From contig CM097882.1 of NCBI GenBank assembly GCA_044892505.1, positions 289,912,001 through 289,976,000 on the forward strand: DNA of 64,000 nucleotides, read 5' to 3'. This DNA is from Schmidtea nova. Lineage: Eukaryota. Below the pieces are notes generated by a model. The model saw nothing but the letters and a program-made list of their open reading frames with translations, was not told where the DNA came from and ran no database searches. Of this stretch, positions 62,790 to 64,000 are shown in pieces; position 1 is the first letter of the stretch; each line of letters begins with the position of its first letter. Both the position numbers and the translations under genes were made by a program.

Positions 62790-63205
62790 TCAGATATTCG
62801 GTGTGGCAAGCATTTGGTGTGGCAAGTATTCGGTGTGGCAAGTATTCGGTGTGACAAGCATTCGGTGTGGCAAGCATTCGGTGTGGCAGATATTTGGTGT
62901 AGCAGATATTTGGTGTAGCAGATATTCGGTGTGGCAAGCATTCAGTGTGGCAAGCATTCGGTGTGGCAAGCATTTGGTGTGGCAAGCATTCGGAGTGGCA
63001 AGCATTTGGTGTGGCAAGCATTCGGAGTGGCAAGTATTCGGTGTGGCAAGTATTCGGTGTGACAAGTATTCGGTGGGTGGCAAGCATTCGGCGTGGCAGA
63101 TATTTGGTGTAGCAGATATTCGGTGTGGCAAGCATTAAGTGTGGCAAGCATTCGGTGTGGCAAGCATTCGGTATGGCAAGCATTCGGGGTGGCATGCATT
63201 CAGTG
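62790..63205. repeat. 15-bp minisatellite array 2 (AAGCATTCGGTGTGG-type unit)
   Basis: About 27 tandem units, which generate the repetitive ORFs in the ORF track. Confidence 0.95.
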
Positions 63206-63206
63206 A

Positions 63207-64000
63207 TCACATTCGTAGGATTCCATTCATGACTTTGTCTAAGGAATCATCAGACGGGTTTTCAGAAACATAATGACTTTCTTTGTGAAAGGTTTGGGCT
63301 TTTATCATGATTTTTATCATTTCAGAATTTGAGATTTCTAAGTTATTTTGGATTTGTTCTTTTTGGCTGCATAAGAAAGGGAACCAGGATGAAGGTTTGC
63401 AGCAAAATAAAGCCTTTCTATATATGTTTTTATTTATAAATTTATTTCTAGTTTTAGTGATGTCGTCCATTAGGTCAAGAATGCTAATAGATGCATAAGT
63501 TTTTTCGTGATTTTGGGTAGTTTTGTATGGGGTGTTTTCTGCATAGTTATTGGAGTCTTCTTGTGATTTTGTTCTTTCTTTGTTGTATTCAAGGTTAAGT
63601 TTCTTAATATCTTCTGATGATAAATTGCTTATCATAAGGTAATCTGTGATTCCGCATCTTTCTAGGACAGGGTGCCAGTGACATATATCATTATGAATTG
63701 ATTGAAATGTTTCGGATTTATCCAGATGAAGTGGAGGGGAAGAGAAGAAAATGATATACTGGTTTATCAAATCTTCAATTGTTGGTTCATTCATAGAGTA
63801 AATATCCGTGTAGGTGAGATTTTTGTTTTTGTTGAAGATAGACCAGTAAATAGGAGTTTTTTGAATGATTTTAAGTATTTCTAGTGGATTTCTCTTTTCA
63901 GAGATTGTTGGATTATAAGTTTTGGTATAGAATGTAATCTGTTCTTTATCAGGGAGAGTAGTTGATTTAGTATTCAATTTGGTATTTGATCTGGTATTAT
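63207..64000 (-). CDS. Open frame of at least 256 aa, unknown product, probably a mobile-element polyprotein tail; extends beyond the window
   Basis: Long stop-free frame in AT-rich DNA. Its NTRSNTKLNTKST motif recurs at about 62580-62630 (YNTRSITKFNTKST). Confidence 0.4.
   Translation of the reverse strand, partial: NTRSNTKLNTKSTTLPDKEQITFYTKTYNPTISEKRNPLEILKIIQKTPIYWSIFNKNKNLTYTDIYSMNEPTIEDLINQYIIFFSSPPLHLDKSETFQSIHNDICHWHPVLERCGITDYLMISNLSSEDIKKLNLEYNKERTKSQEDSNNYAENTPYKTTQNHEKTYASISILDLMDDITKTRNKFINKNIYRKALFCCKPSSWFPFLCSQKEQIQNNLEISNSEMIKIMIKAQTFHKESHYVSENPSDDSLDKVMNGILRM

Noticed and set aside
62149-63205. CRISPR-like appearance and repetitive ORFs
   Set aside because: Contiguous 15-bp units without unique spacers, in a eukaryotic context with no cas genes. 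The ORFs arise from the repeat.

Overview
AT-rich eukaryotic (animal) genomic DNA dominated by nested, mostly decayed transposable elements. The 54-57 bp introns and the element mix suggest a planarian-type flatworm (inference only). Two host genes are supportable: the last two exons of an ACBD3/TMED8-type GOLD-domain gene (+, 11221-11717) and a complete 4-exon CHMP4/Snf7 ESCRT-III gene (-, 41011-41937). Mobile elements include Tc1, pogo/Tigger, several hAT remnants and MITEs, piggyBac-type MITEs, two Merlin elements, Penelope-like retroelements with hammerhead-like pLTR motifs, two Ty3/Gypsy elements and a Polinton/adintovirus remnant. The main unexplained structure is a family of three related, long LTR-like units: A at about 12.7-16.2 kb (+), B at about 17.4-20.3 kb (-) and C at about 20.3-25.8 kb (+). 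A and B each carry two orphan ORFs that are mutually homologous. Each ORF has its own splice acceptor just before the ATG and its own AATAAA. In A these lie behind a TATA/Inr promoter and a non-coding leader exon. A second highlight is a decayed ORF fusing Bcl-2-like BH1/BH2 motifs to a signal peptide and a chuvirus-type envelope glycoprotein (47970-49088). All homology calls come from motif recognition by eye; no searches were run.
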